DNA from: an uncultured Candidatus Saccharibacteria bacterium
GTDB lineage: Bacteria; Patescibacteriota; Minisyncoccia; Minisyncoccales; UBA10102
Length of the DNA stretch: 53,596 bases
NCBI GenBank assembly: GCA_964359655.1
Contig: CAYHVI010000004.1
Location: forward strand, 1-53,596
Direction: 5' to 3'
Program-made: the position numbers and the translations under genes
Notes under the pieces: generated by a model
Database searches by the model: none
What the model was told of the DNA's origin: nothing
The model's input: the letters and a program-made list of their open reading frames with translations, nothing else
Shown: piece after piece, positions 38,030 to 46,610 of the stretch
Numbering within the stretch: position 1 is the first letter of the stretch
Layout of the letters: each line of letters opens with the position of its first letter

Positions 38030-38695
38030 ATGGCTCAACTCAAGCGCATCATATCATTTTTCTGCTCTCTCTTGTTCCCAAAAATCTGTATCTCGTGCCA
38101 CAGAGAAGGCATGCACATGTGCGAAGATTGTTTATCTCTTTTGTCTCTTAATCAATGGGTGTACCCTCTTGTCCGTTCTTCTCCTGTTTCTGATTTGTTT
38201 GCTGCCTTATCGTACGAAGAATCTCTCGCCAAACTCCTCATCCATCAACTGAAATATCCGCCCTTCTTAAAAGATCTGTCGAGCCAGTCCGCTTTTTTAA
38301 TCTGCGCTCATATTGCCTTGGCACGGCCCGAACAAGATTTTTCGGATTTTGTGATTATCCCCATACCCCTGCATAAACGAAGACTTAAATGGCGGGGGTA
38401 TAACCACGCAGAAGAGCTGGCAAGGCAATTGGGGCGGGCGTTTTCTCTTCCCGTAGTTACAGACGTGCTCGTCAAAACAAAACACACAACTCCGCAGGCA
38501 AATCTGGGCAAAGAAAAACGCCTCGCCAATATGAAAGGCGCATTCCAGGTGCGCGATCTGCACGCAGTAGCCGCAAAAAACATTCTTTTGGTTGATGATG
38601 TGTACACTACCGGAGCCACGATGGATGAATGCGCTTTGGTGCTTAAAAAAGCCGGCGCCAATCAAGTTCTTGGCGCCGTCGTTGCAAGAGGATAG
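38030..38695 (+). CDS. comF: ComF family phosphoribosyltransferase-like protein
   Basis: 221 aa with an N-terminal Zn-finger (CISC...CEDC) and the PRTase motif ILLVDDVYTTGATM. Confidence 0.88.
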   Translation: MAQLKRIISFFCSLLFPKICISCHREGMHMCEDCLSLLSLNQWVYPLVRSSPVSDLFAALSYEESLAKLLIHQLKYPPFLKDLSSQSAFLICAHIALARPEQDFSDFVIIPIPLHKRRLKWRGYNHAEELARQLGRAFSLPVVTDVLVKTKHTTPQANLGKEKRLANMKGAFQVRDLHAVAAKNILLVDDVYTTGATMDECALVLKKAGANQVLGAVVARG

Positions 38696-38704
38696 TCCTT
38701 TAAG

Positions 38705-39793
38705 TCATTTCGTCCAGTTTGCCATTAATCTATTGGCATCAAAAATATCTATAACTCCTTGAGAAATGTTGTTTGGCCCTGCATTAATATCTGCTTCAAG
38801 TAAATCCTCCAATTTTGTACTTCCCCATTTTGTGAGAAGTCTAGATATATCAAAAAGATCAATCTTCCCATCGTCGTTAAGATCTCCCCGTGATTTTAGC
38901 GTTGGCGAAGAGGGAAAAGTAGGCGTTGGCGTAGGGGTGGGTATTGGTAAAACAGGATTACTACTCTTCTGCCATACTCTGACGTAGTCAACATCATAGT
39001 AACTTGGGAATGAGGTGAATGCATCTGGTGACCCAGGCCAGTTTCCCCCAACTGCAAGATTAAGTAAAACATACATTGGCTCTGACGATATGGTCGAAGA
39101 ATCAGAAAAACGCCAGCGCTCTACTCCATCGACATACCATACAATTTCGCTTGATGCCCAGTGAACTCCAAACGTATGCCAGTCTTGGGAAAAATCTGGG
39201 CCAATCCAATTATTTCCTTGATCTACTTTCGAGCCGTCGGCATTCAAGTAGTGATAGTGCATTCGTTGAATGTTTGGAGTATCTCCGAGAATCTCTGAAA
39301 TATCAATTTCGGGACGCGACTTATAGCTCAAAGGCAGCATCCAAAATGCTGGCCATAATCCTTTTCCTTTTGGAATTTTTACTCGAGCTTCTGCGTAGCC
39401 ATACGTGAAAGTAAACCCAGGGGGTTTTTCGTATTTTCTACCGCCACCCATAACCATGCCGGATGTGTATTGATAAGTTTTGCCATTCCAGCCAACCATG
39501 TTGCGTTTTTGTGCTTGAAGTCTCAAAAACCCATCTTGCACAAACACGTCACCAGAACTATACAACTCAAGCTCGTTATTGCTTTCAATAGTACAAGTAT
39601 CAGTTGCCCACCAAAAACAGGTATGCCATTTACTCTTATCCAAAGAAGTTCCAATAAATTCATCGCTAAAAACTAAAACCCACTCTCCTTCAATTGGCGG
39701 TAAAGGCATATCAGTACTTTGTGCAGCTGCTGTCGAGGAAAAGAAAATAATGCAACTAATGCTCAATCCAAAAATCGCTAATTGTTTTCTCAT
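38705..39793 (-). CDS. secreted glycoside hydrolase family 16 (beta-glucanase/laminarinase-like) with C-terminal dockerin
   Basis: Signal peptide present. The GH16 catalytic motif is EIDISE. It has a PT linker PIPTPTPTPT. The dockerin tail reads DLNDDGKIDLFDISRLLTKW...IDIFDANRLMANW. Confidence 0.85.
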   Translation of the reverse strand: MRKQLAIFGLSISCIIFFSSTAAAQSTDMPLPPIEGEWVLVFSDEFIGTSLDKSKWHTCFWWATDTCTIESNNELELYSSGDVFVQDGFLRLQAQKRNMVGWNGKTYQYTSGMVMGGGRKYEKPPGFTFTYGYAEARVKIPKGKGLWPAFWMLPLSYKSRPEIDISEILGDTPNIQRMHYHYLNADGSKVDQGNNWIGPDFSQDWHTFGVHWASSEIVWYVDGVERWRFSDSSTISSEPMYVLLNLAVGGNWPGSPDAFTSFPSYYDVDYVRVWQKSSNPVLPIPTPTPTPTFPSSPTLKSRGDLNDDGKIDLFDISRLLTKWGSTKLEDLLEADINAGPNNISQGVIDIFDANRLMANWTK

Positions 39794-39799
39794 GCCTTC

Positions 39800-39830
39800 A
39801 CTCTATCAAAAAACCGCCCGAATGGCGATT
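39800..39830 (-). promoter_or_regulatory. conserved ~30-nt element, copy A (putative promoter TCGCCA-17-TAGAGT-6-ATG)
   Basis: 27/30 nt are identical to 46229..46258. On the minus strand it ends 6 nt upstream of the GH16 ATG. Confidence 0.45.
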
Positions 39831-39913
39831 AGCTGTTTCGCTTGACTTGCACATCAAAAAATAATTTGTTACTATTGTGTAACCGGAAATACTGACTACT
39901 CAAGGAGGAAACG

Positions 39914-40198
39914 ATGGCTCGGATAATTGCCAATGCCCTCGAAAGCACCCTTGTATCTTCGTTACTGGCAAGTTTTCTGCTGCCGTGGCTGGCAGCTACA
40001 CTAGCACTACTGCACAAAAGCGCGCTGTTTGGATGGATTTACCTCGGAATCGCAGTTTCGTGCACTGTCTTGGCTGGATTCGCTTTTGCCATGTGGGTAG
40101 CAATCGAAAAGGATTCCGATGGAACCCCAACCCCAGTCGAGGATATCGGCATCCTTGTGCTCATATCCGCCCTGCTCATATCCCATGCTCTTCCCTAA
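39914..40198 (+). CDS. small 3-TM membrane protein
   Basis: 94 aa. A strong SD (aaggagg) lies 7 nt upstream of the ATG, and a hairpin terminator follows. Confidence 0.55.
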   Translation: MARIIANALESTLVSSLLASFLLPWLAATLALLHKSALFGWIYLGIAVSCTVLAGFAFAMWVAIEKDSDGTPTPVEDIGILVLISALLISHALP

Positions 40199-40199
40199 G

Positions 40200-40240
40200 A
40201 AAGACTGGCGATCTATTGCCACCAGTCTTTTCGCTTTATC
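40200..40240 (+). terminator. terminator after the small membrane protein gene
   Basis: Stem aaagactgg/ccagtcttt is followed by tcgctttat. Confidence 0.55.
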
Positions 40241-40255
40241 AGAATTCCGTAATCT

Positions 40256-40684
40256 CTACTGCCAAACCGCGAGAATTACGCCCATAATCAATAGGGAAAC
40301 AAGATAATAGCCGTTGTTTAAAAACCACAGCTTTACTGGCTTTCCTTCCCACAGAACCGCCCCAAGCGTGACTGGAGCAATGAATCCTAGCCAGTTCCAA
40401 AAGCCAACCATCAATCCTGCTTGCACTCCGCTAATCTTAAAGTAGGAACTCGCAAAAACTAAAGCGTGAGCCAACACATAAGCCATGACCAAGGAACCAA
40501 CAAGCGCCAAGGCATACGTCTTATTCATGCCGCTCTTCTTGGAAGCATCGATTTTTTCTTGCGTAATTCCAGAGAGCTTCATCCACATTTTCCCAAACAG
40601 GGGTCCATACCAAACAAACCCCAATACCATGGACGCTGCTGCCGCAACCAACACAGCTAAATAATTTATCGGTACTGCTGGCAT
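40256..40684 (-). CDS. DUF1761 family membrane protein
   Basis: 142 aa. The N-terminus INYLAVLVAAAASMVLGFVWYGPLFGKMWMKL is typical of DUF1761. Confidence 0.7.
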   Translation of the reverse strand: MPAVPINYLAVLVAAAASMVLGFVWYGPLFGKMWMKLSGITQEKIDASKKSGMNKTYALALVGSLVMAYVLAHALVFASSYFKISGVQAGLMVGFWNWLGFIAPVTLGAVLWEGKPVKLWFLNNGYYLVSLLIMGVILAVWQ

Positions 40685-40790
40685 ATAATTTTATATTAAA
40701 TTTAATTTTTAAACTTCCTCGACCTTATTTGATCTCCACGACCTCGCTCCCTCCATATCTATTAATTTGTGCTGCTTTCATAACCTTTAC

Positions 40791-41894
40791 CTATTTAATT
40801 GCCGACTTCGCTTTATCAAACTTGCCGTCTTTGATGACCACGTGGCCAAAGGCGAGGGTGGCGCCATCATTGAGGCCGCCGGGACAGTGTATCTGCAAAC
40901 CTATCGTGATGTCTGCGTCGAATGGATCGTGACCAGGAACCGTAACTTCGTACTTGGTTGCAAAATTCACATCCTCCACAAAATCTGGCGCTTCAGGATC
41001 AGGAAGATCCTCGCCGCATTTTCCCTTGCACTCTTTTTTGGTTTCTACTTCTCCTTTTTTCTCTTCCAAAAACGGCACGGGGCTCTTATCTTCAAAGTGC
41101 ACTTTCTCAAACTTTTTTACCACGCCGGCTACTGGATTTTGGATTTTGTCTGTAATATCAGCACCGCCTTGCTTAAACGTGTTGCCAAACAGCACCTCAA
41201 CCTCGCCCTTGCAAACGCCTTTCTCGGCGCCTTCGCAGTACACTTTTTTCTTCCACACGTGGGTTATTTCGATCGTCTGCACAGGTTTGCCATCTTTCTT
41301 TGTTTTTTTAATCACCACTGTTGGGTTTTCCGTGCCAAACTCCTTGGGAATTTTGGGGTCACTCTTTGGGAGAAACTTGTCTTTCTCTCCATATTCGAGC
41401 TTCTTTAAGTCTGCTTGAATCAAAGCGCAGTGGCATTCTTTCTTATCCTGCGTGGTAACGGTAACGGTAGTTTGAAAGTTATCGCTCATTACCGTATCTC
41501 CATGCTGAATGCAGTCGCGATCAAAACATTCAACTGCGCTCACAGAAGATGTGCTCGTCGTTGTCTCGTGAAGTTGGGTGGCGCATTGGAACTGCCAGGT
41601 TTCGCCCATATCCAAGATATTGTTTCCGTTATCTCCTCCAACAAAAAGAACTTGAGGACATACAGTATCAGTAACAGCAACTGACGCGAGCGGCAAAATG
41701 CCAACGTTATGTGCATTGTACGAATAAACCACGTCGAGCGGCGCGACTCCAGAACTGGGTTGCGCGATTACATTCAAAACGATCTGGCCTCCAATGCCCA
41801 AAGCCGAATTTTGAAATCCGCTCAAGAGAAGAGCGAAAACCCCCGCAACCAAAACAATATATTTTGGGCTCACCTTATTGTATTTGATGAACAT
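40791..41894 (-). CDS. secreted Cys/Lys-rich protein of unknown function (N-terminal DUF11-like beta module)
   Basis: 367 aa with a signal anchor. The pattern VTDTVCPQV...GDNGNNILDMGETWQFQC is typical of conserved-repeat beta domains. Confidence 0.5.
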   Translation of the reverse strand: MFIKYNKVSPKYIVLVAGVFALLLSGFQNSALGIGGQIVLNVIAQPSSGVAPLDVVYSYNAHNVGILPLASVAVTDTVCPQVLFVGGDNGNNILDMGETWQFQCATQLHETTTSTSSVSAVECFDRDCIQHGDTVMSDNFQTTVTVTTQDKKECHCALIQADLKKLEYGEKDKFLPKSDPKIPKEFGTENPTVVIKKTKKDGKPVQTIEITHVWKKKVYCEGAEKGVCKGEVEVLFGNTFKQGGADITDKIQNPVAGVVKKFEKVHFEDKSPVPFLEEKKGEVETKKECKGKCGEDLPDPEAPDFVEDVNFATKYEVTVPGHDPFDADITIGLQIHCPGGLNDGATLAFGHVVIKDGKFDKAKSAIK

Positions 41895-41982
41895 ACATTG
41901 TGTAATGTAAAATTGTTATACCTACTATTAAGTATACTCTATTTTGTCTCTCTTGTCTTGCGTAAATCTTGTACAATACATC

Positions 41983-42028
41983 AAAAAAAAGAGGCATGAC
42001 TCCATGCCTTTCCCTGGAGTCATGCCTC
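41983..42028 (-). terminator. terminator after 42038..43183
   Basis: 13-bp stem gaggcatgactcc/ggagtcatgcctc, followed on the minus strand by an 8-nt T-run. Confidence 0.85.
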
Positions 42029-42037
42029 ACTCTAACG

Positions 42038-43183
42038 TTATCTCGAGTTGAAGAAGCAGCGGATCTCTAGCTTCGTCAACTTCCTTATGTCGTGCCGGAC
42101 TGCGTTGAGGGCCTCCGGCCCACACGACTCGGGAGCTCCCAGGAATATCAGCTCGGCGAGCCCGGCTAGTACTCCCTGAATCCCGCATTGGTTGGCAAGG
42201 ATCACCCTGCCTAGAAGCGAGTTAAGCGCATTCATAGTCTTCATAGAGCACGGAGTGTCCGGCTCCGGAATCTTTAGGCAGAAGCCGGGCATGCACTCAT
42301 CGTTGTGTATGTTGGCCAGCCACCTGCTTATCCCCGCATCAGTCACATTGTTCGGGATCTCGAAAGATTCCCGCGTCGCAAGCGCGTGAAGCTTGGGAAC
42401 TTCGGGGTTTCCATACGAGGCATGAAGCTGGTAGGATACAGCATCAAAGCCCACAGAAACGGTGCTTCCATCCATCCTTGGGGATGCTTGCTCTCCACAG
42501 AAGACAAAGAGGATCTCTTCTTCTGGGAGATATGCAAAGCTCGTTTCTTCACACATCTTGTTGCGCCACTCAACCCAGGTGTAGATCTTGAACCGCGTCG
42601 CCACCTTCAGCACACTTCCGAAATCCGCCAGCCGCCCATGAAGGAACCTTGGCGGATACGGAAACTCCACTGGTTCTATCTTTCTTGGCTCCACGCTTCG
42701 CGTTATCTCAACCCTCATCGGCAACCCGCAAGTCGGGATGAAGGAAGAATCGGTCACCATCTTCAGAATGAGCCTTGCGTCTTCTTTGGTGACCTGACCA
42801 TCCGAGTCCAGATCTGCTCGGGACAGCTGCACTGCCGTGGGGTTCAGATTAGTACCCACTGCAATCTGCAGCGCTATAGTCGAATCCGCTATCGTGACTT
42901 TGGTGTCGCCGTCCAGGTCGCCACATGTCGCGGCCCCTGAATTTGTTGTCAATGATCGGGCAGAAGAGAAGGAAGAAAGAGACGGAAGTACCTTTTTCTC
43001 TTCTGGAGTTCTCTGCTGCGCAGCGATGCACAGCTGAAAAAGATCGGGGATTCCCCTAACTGGTCGACAGGCCCTTTTTGCTGCCCACGGACTGGCAGCG
43101 TCTGCCTCGGAAGCAGAACCCACAACACCTACCAACGCCGCTACCATTATTGCCAAGACCACCCGTAGAATCTTGTACTTCAC
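42038..43183 (-). CDS. secreted dockerin-containing protein, unknown C-terminal domain
   Basis: GTG start with an AAGGAG SD and a signal peptide. The dockerin pair is GDLDGDTKVTIADSTIALQIAVG / ADLDSDGQVTKEDARLILKMV. GC is visibly higher than in neighbours. A strong terminator follows. Confidence 0.6.
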   Translation of the reverse strand: MKYKILRVVLAIMVAALVGVVGSASEADAASPWAAKRACRPVRGIPDLFQLCIAAQQRTPEEKKVLPSLSSFSSARSLTTNSGAATCGDLDGDTKVTIADSTIALQIAVGTNLNPTAVQLSRADLDSDGQVTKEDARLILKMVTDSSFIPTCGLPMRVEITRSVEPRKIEPVEFPYPPRFLHGRLADFGSVLKVATRFKIYTWVEWRNKMCEETSFAYLPEEEILFVFCGEQASPRMDGSTVSVGFDAVSYQLHASYGNPEVPKLHALATRESFEIPNNVTDAGISRWLANIHNDECMPGFCLKIPEPDTPCSMKTMNALNSLLGRVILANQCGIQGVLAGLAELIFLGAPESCGPEALNAVRHDIRKLTKLEIRCFFNSR

Positions 43184-43367
43184 GGTTTTCTCCTTTTGAT
43201 TTTTTGAATCCGCTAACGATCGGTTACGATATCAAAGGCCATCACCTCCTTTTCAAAGGACAGAATAAAAAAGGCTCTGCTTGAGCCAATTGCTTCCTAG
43301 CATGAAGCGAAAATTTTGTCAATCATTTGTTACTTGATGATACACTGCATATAATGAGCATTTTCAG

Positions 43368-43409
43368 AAAAAAAGAGCCTCTGGTGTGGATAGACCACCC
43401 CCAGAGGCT
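43368..43409 (-). terminator. terminator after 43416..44207
   Basis: Stem agcctctgg/ccagaggct, followed on the minus strand by ctttttttc. Confidence 0.8.
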
Positions 43410-43415
43410 TATCAG

Positions 43416-44207
43416 TCACTTAGAATAGCTCCAGAAGAGTCGGCTTGTCGAAGCCCACTCTCCTAGTCGTATCGCCATCTCCCGGAGAATCCCTCCCTTC
43501 AGTGGTCGGATCTTCACCGAGTGCACTGTATGTATAGAGCATCCCAGCACAGTGAAGAATTCACCTGCAGCACTGCGAGCGACTCTATGGTTGGCATAAT
43601 CCGTGGTTTCGCGCTGATTCACGTAGAGGGTAATGGGGCGTAGCGTCTGCACGAACCCTCCTGTGTGCTGCGAGATCATGGTGATCCCGGCAGGCACCAA
43701 GATCTTCTGTTCCTCGTCTCCTATCACAAGACAAGGATTCCAATATGCAACCCCTCCCAACTCTTTGGACATCTTATGAAACCCTCGAGGGTCATCCCAT
43801 GAGAACTTCATCACTGGAGCATGTTGGAATCTTTTCTGCAGCCACCGACGCGCCATGACAAAACTTATCAACAGAGCCCCGGTTATTGCAAGAAGACCAA
43901 GGGCGGTGATTGTTGTTCTCTCCGATCCGCTGAACCTAAGGGGCTCCGGGGGTAAGCTCAGACTAAAGAGTTCCTGGGGCAGATTCGATGTTGCGACAAA
44001 CAGCGTCGCTCCACCAGCAAAAAGCAGGAGAAAGAGCTCCAGTATACCAAAGGATAGCACCAGCATCTCCCTCCGTAGAGATGGTTGCGATTTGTTGTGT
44101 AGCCATTCCATCGCCGCAGCAACACCTAGAGCTAGAATCAGAGCAACCACAGACACTCCAACACCAACGAGGCTGCATATCAAGCCGCAGTCGAACAGAA
44201 TTCCCAT
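43416..44207 (-). CDS. membrane protein (4 TM plus soluble C-terminal domain), unknown function
   Basis: 263 aa with a GGAGGAG SD, higher GC, and a perfect terminator downstream. Confidence 0.55.
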   Translation of the reverse strand: MGILFDCGLICSLVGVGVSVVALILALGVAAAMEWLHNKSQPSLRREMLVLSFGILELFLLLFAGGATLFVATSNLPQELFSLSLPPEPLRFSGSERTTITALGLLAITGALLISFVMARRWLQKRFQHAPVMKFSWDDPRGFHKMSKELGGVAYWNPCLVIGDEEQKILVPAGITMISQHTGGFVQTLRPITLYVNQRETTDYANHRVARSAAGEFFTVLGCSIHTVHSVKIRPLKGGILREMAIRLGEWASTSRLFWSYSK

Positions 44208-44359
44208 TGTTGTCTCCTCCTTCTAATGAGGTATTCTCGCAGTAGAGAGAATTTACTGCGGTAACGCAACATTAGCACATCTTACCGAGCATGTCAAGCT
44301 CACGTGCCGAGATGAATACACAGATAACATTTTCTGGCGGCAAATTTTGTCCTCAAATC

Positions 44360-45163
44360 TTATCGTATTTTTGCTCTACTCTCGAGATATTTCTCGATCT
44401 TACGTTTGAGTTTCTGCCCTAGCTCCCTGGCGGCATAGGGATCCTGCCCGGTAATCAACTCACGGTCTTCCACCACGTTTGAGATCAGGGGTATATATAC
44501 TTGTTTTAATTTCGCGCCCTTACGCTTCAAGATTTGTTCTGGATAATCAGGCATATGCCCTCGCATGGTTTTCAAACCCGGAACATCTTCAACCAAATGC
44601 TCGCTTACCATTGTTATGCAAGTCATTTTATAGTCTTTGTAAATCCATTCTCCATTCACATCAGGCGCCGCGGCTAGTACCGACGGAGCGTGACAAATAA
44701 GCGCGGTTGGTTTTTGTTCTTTATGAAAATGTGAAAGCAATATTCCTGTTTCTTCATTGAGCTCCTCTCCCTCCAACCAGTTTTTAAACAAAATGTCAGT
44801 CATTGGCGCATGGCCTCCGGGAACAAATAATGCGTCGTATCGTTTTAATCCGCCTTCGGCCGCAAGTAGATCTTTTAGTTTCATAGGTCGCTCGATTCCC
44901 AAATCTTTCAACTTTTCATAGAAAGCGAGAGCGTTTTTAAGTCTCTTTTTTGAAAATCCCCAGTATCGCAAACGATACGACTGCCTATCAATATGTGGCT
45001 CTTTGCCATCAGGACTCACAAAAAACAGCGAGTATCCGGCTCCAAGAAGCGGCTCGAGTGTTTCTGTAACTTCTCCAAGAAACACACCCACCGGCTGTTT
45101 CCCGCCTTCGCAAAGCGGAACCGCTTGAGCCGAAGAAACATATACTAAAACATTAGCTTTCAT
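44360..45163 (-). CDS. DJ-1/PfpI-type class I glutamine amidotransferase-like protein
   Basis: Start trimmed to the ATG at 45163. Motifs are FVPGGHAPM and the nucleophile elbow ALICHAPSVL. Confidence 0.75.
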   Translation of the reverse strand: MKANVLVYVSSAQAVPLCEGGKQPVGVFLGEVTETLEPLLGAGYSLFFVSPDGKEPHIDRQSYRLRYWGFSKKRLKNALAFYEKLKDLGIERPMKLKDLLAAEGGLKRYDALFVPGGHAPMTDILFKNWLEGEELNEETGILLSHFHKEQKPTALICHAPSVLAAAPDVNGEWIYKDYKMTCITMVSEHLVEDVPGLKTMRGHMPDYPEQILKRKGAKLKQVYIPLISNVVEDRELITGQDPYAARELGQKLKRKIEKYLESRAKIR

Positions 45164-45506
45164 GAAGAGAAAAAAATGTCCACAAAGCACCCAGCAAATC
45201 TACGCTCCCCAAAATTGCCAGTATGGGATTTGCCTTAAAAACAATCACAATTCCAACCATGCCAACAAAAAAGAGAGCGCGTTCAATAACAGAAACTTTA
45301 AAAAACCCGAGCTGGTTGGTCTTGCCGCAATAGCTGTAAAGCAGGCCCGCGCAAAAACCAAGCAATCCTAAAACACGAATCCAGACTTCAGTGGTTGGCT
45401 CAAATCCAAAAATTCGCAATACAACGTTGGGGATCAGCAACAGACTCAAGCCCATTCCCATCATGTAGAAACTATAGTAAAAAATGCTCTTTGCTGCTTT
45501 GGTCAT
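45153..45506 (-). CDS. small 4-TM membrane protein
   Basis: 117 aa and hydrophobic throughout. It overlaps the downstream gene by 11 nt. Confidence 0.5.
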   Translation of the reverse strand: MTKAAKSIFYYSFYMMGMGLSLLLIPNVVLRIFGFEPTTEVWIRVLGLLGFCAGLLYSYCGKTNQLGFFKVSVIERALFFVGMVGIVIVFKANPILAILGSVDLLGALWTFFSLHES

Positions 45507-45595
45507 ATAACCGAAAGCCCTTCTCCGAGCTCTACTGTAATTTTAGACCTTTCTCTTTTAATTTTTCTATCCATTCTTGTTTCTTTATACGTCTA

Positions 45596-46222
45596 TTATT
45601 CAGCAAATATTCTCGCAATAACTCTTACGGGCGCTGCATCTGCTTGTAGTTTTGCAGGCAAGGCAATAACTTCAAAATCTTCGACATCCACCAATTGATC
45701 AAGATTTGTTAAGTTCTCAAGTATAGTAATACCGCTCCCTAGCAAAATCTTATGAGTGATCCAGGGCTTGTCATAATCAGGTCCAAGCATATCCATTCCA
45801 ACAATTTTTACTCCTAACTCCACCATTTTCTTGGCAAAATCTTCTTTGAGGTCTGGGTAACCTTTAAAATAATCATCTATTCGATATTTACTGCCAAAGC
45901 CTGTATAGAGAAGAACAATCGAATCTTTTTCGATTATAACTCCATCTAAAACAGATTTATCGATATTCATTTTGCCTCTTACATCAATCAATTTTCCTTT
46001 TCCAAAAAATCTCTCTGGTGGTATCTCGTCTATTCTTTTACCATCCCCAATCATATGCAAAGGAGCGTCCATGTGAGTTCCCACATGCATCACGGTCGTC
46101 AACTTATGGTCGTTAAAACTGTCCTTTTCTAAAAAGGCTACTTGTTCAAGTGTAGCTTTAGGATCGCCAGGATACATTGGCATATCTGGCGTGAATGTGT
46201 GAGTTAAATCAATAATTCTCAT
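45596..46222 (-). CDS. cyclase family protein (arylformamidase/kynurenine formamidase-like)
   Basis: 208 aa. DLTHTF...YPGDP...HVGTHMDAPLHM matches the cyclase/KynB motif set. Confidence 0.8.
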   Translation of the reverse strand: MRIIDLTHTFTPDMPMYPGDPKATLEQVAFLEKDSFNDHKLTTVMHVGTHMDAPLHMIGDGKRIDEIPPERFFGKGKLIDVRGKMNIDKSVLDGVIIEKDSIVLLYTGFGSKYRIDDYFKGYPDLKEDFAKKMVELGVKIVGMDMLGPDYDKPWITHKILLGSGITILENLTNLDQLVDVEDFEVIALPAKLQADAAPVRVIARIFAE

Positions 46223-46228
46223 ATACCA

Positions 46229-46264
46229 ACTCTACCAAAAAATCGCCTGAATGGCGATTTTTTG
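46229..46264 (-). promoter_or_regulatory. conserved ~30-nt element, copy B (hairpin/terminator plus putative promoter TCGCCA-17-TAGAGT-6-ATG)
   Basis: It contains a perfect 11-bp hairpin aaaaaatcgcc-tgaat-ggcgatttttt (46237..46263). It ends 6 nt upstream of the cyclase ATG. Confidence 0.5.
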
Positions 46265-46271
46265 GTTTGGA

Positions 46272-46610
46272 TTACATGGGAAGTGGCAACGATTCGTGGA
46301 CTTCAATTTCGCAGCCTTCTGCCCAGTGAAGGTGAGGATGATCCTGCAATAATGCTTTTGCCCCCTCCATATTTTCGGCTTGCAAAATTGAATATCCAAC
46401 GATATTGCTTTGACTTGGCGAACTGCCGCCAGATTTGCTAAGCCTTTGTCCATTCCCTAGTGGAGTCCCCAAATCAACCAAAGCGCTGCCGCATTTTTTC
46501 GCCCACGCCATCCACGGCTCCATGCCTTTTTGCATTTCTTCTGGACTTGCATTTTTCATTTGTTCTGCTGCCGACGCTGGAGCATAATAGAGCACAATAA
46601 ACTTTTTCAT
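46272..46610 (-). CDS. YciI/Dabb-like small protein (tentative)
   Basis: 112 aa. The pattern MKKFIVLYYAP...MEPWMAWAKK...HPHL resembles YCII-type proteins. The assignment is by eye only. Confidence 0.4.
   Translation of the reverse strand: MKKFIVLYYAPASAAEQMKNASPEEMQKGMEPWMAWAKKCGSALVDLGTPLGNGQRLSKSGGSSPSQSNIVGYSILQAENMEGAKALLQDHPHLHWAEGCEIEVHESLPLPM

Noticed and set aside
43215-43245. Nine-codon mini-ORF (MAFDIVTDR) behind an AAGGAGG-like motif in the 5' region of 42038..43183, as a possible leader peptide
   Set aside because: The SD-to-ATG spacing is only about 2 nt and there is no obvious attenuator structure linked to it. The evidence is too weak to call.
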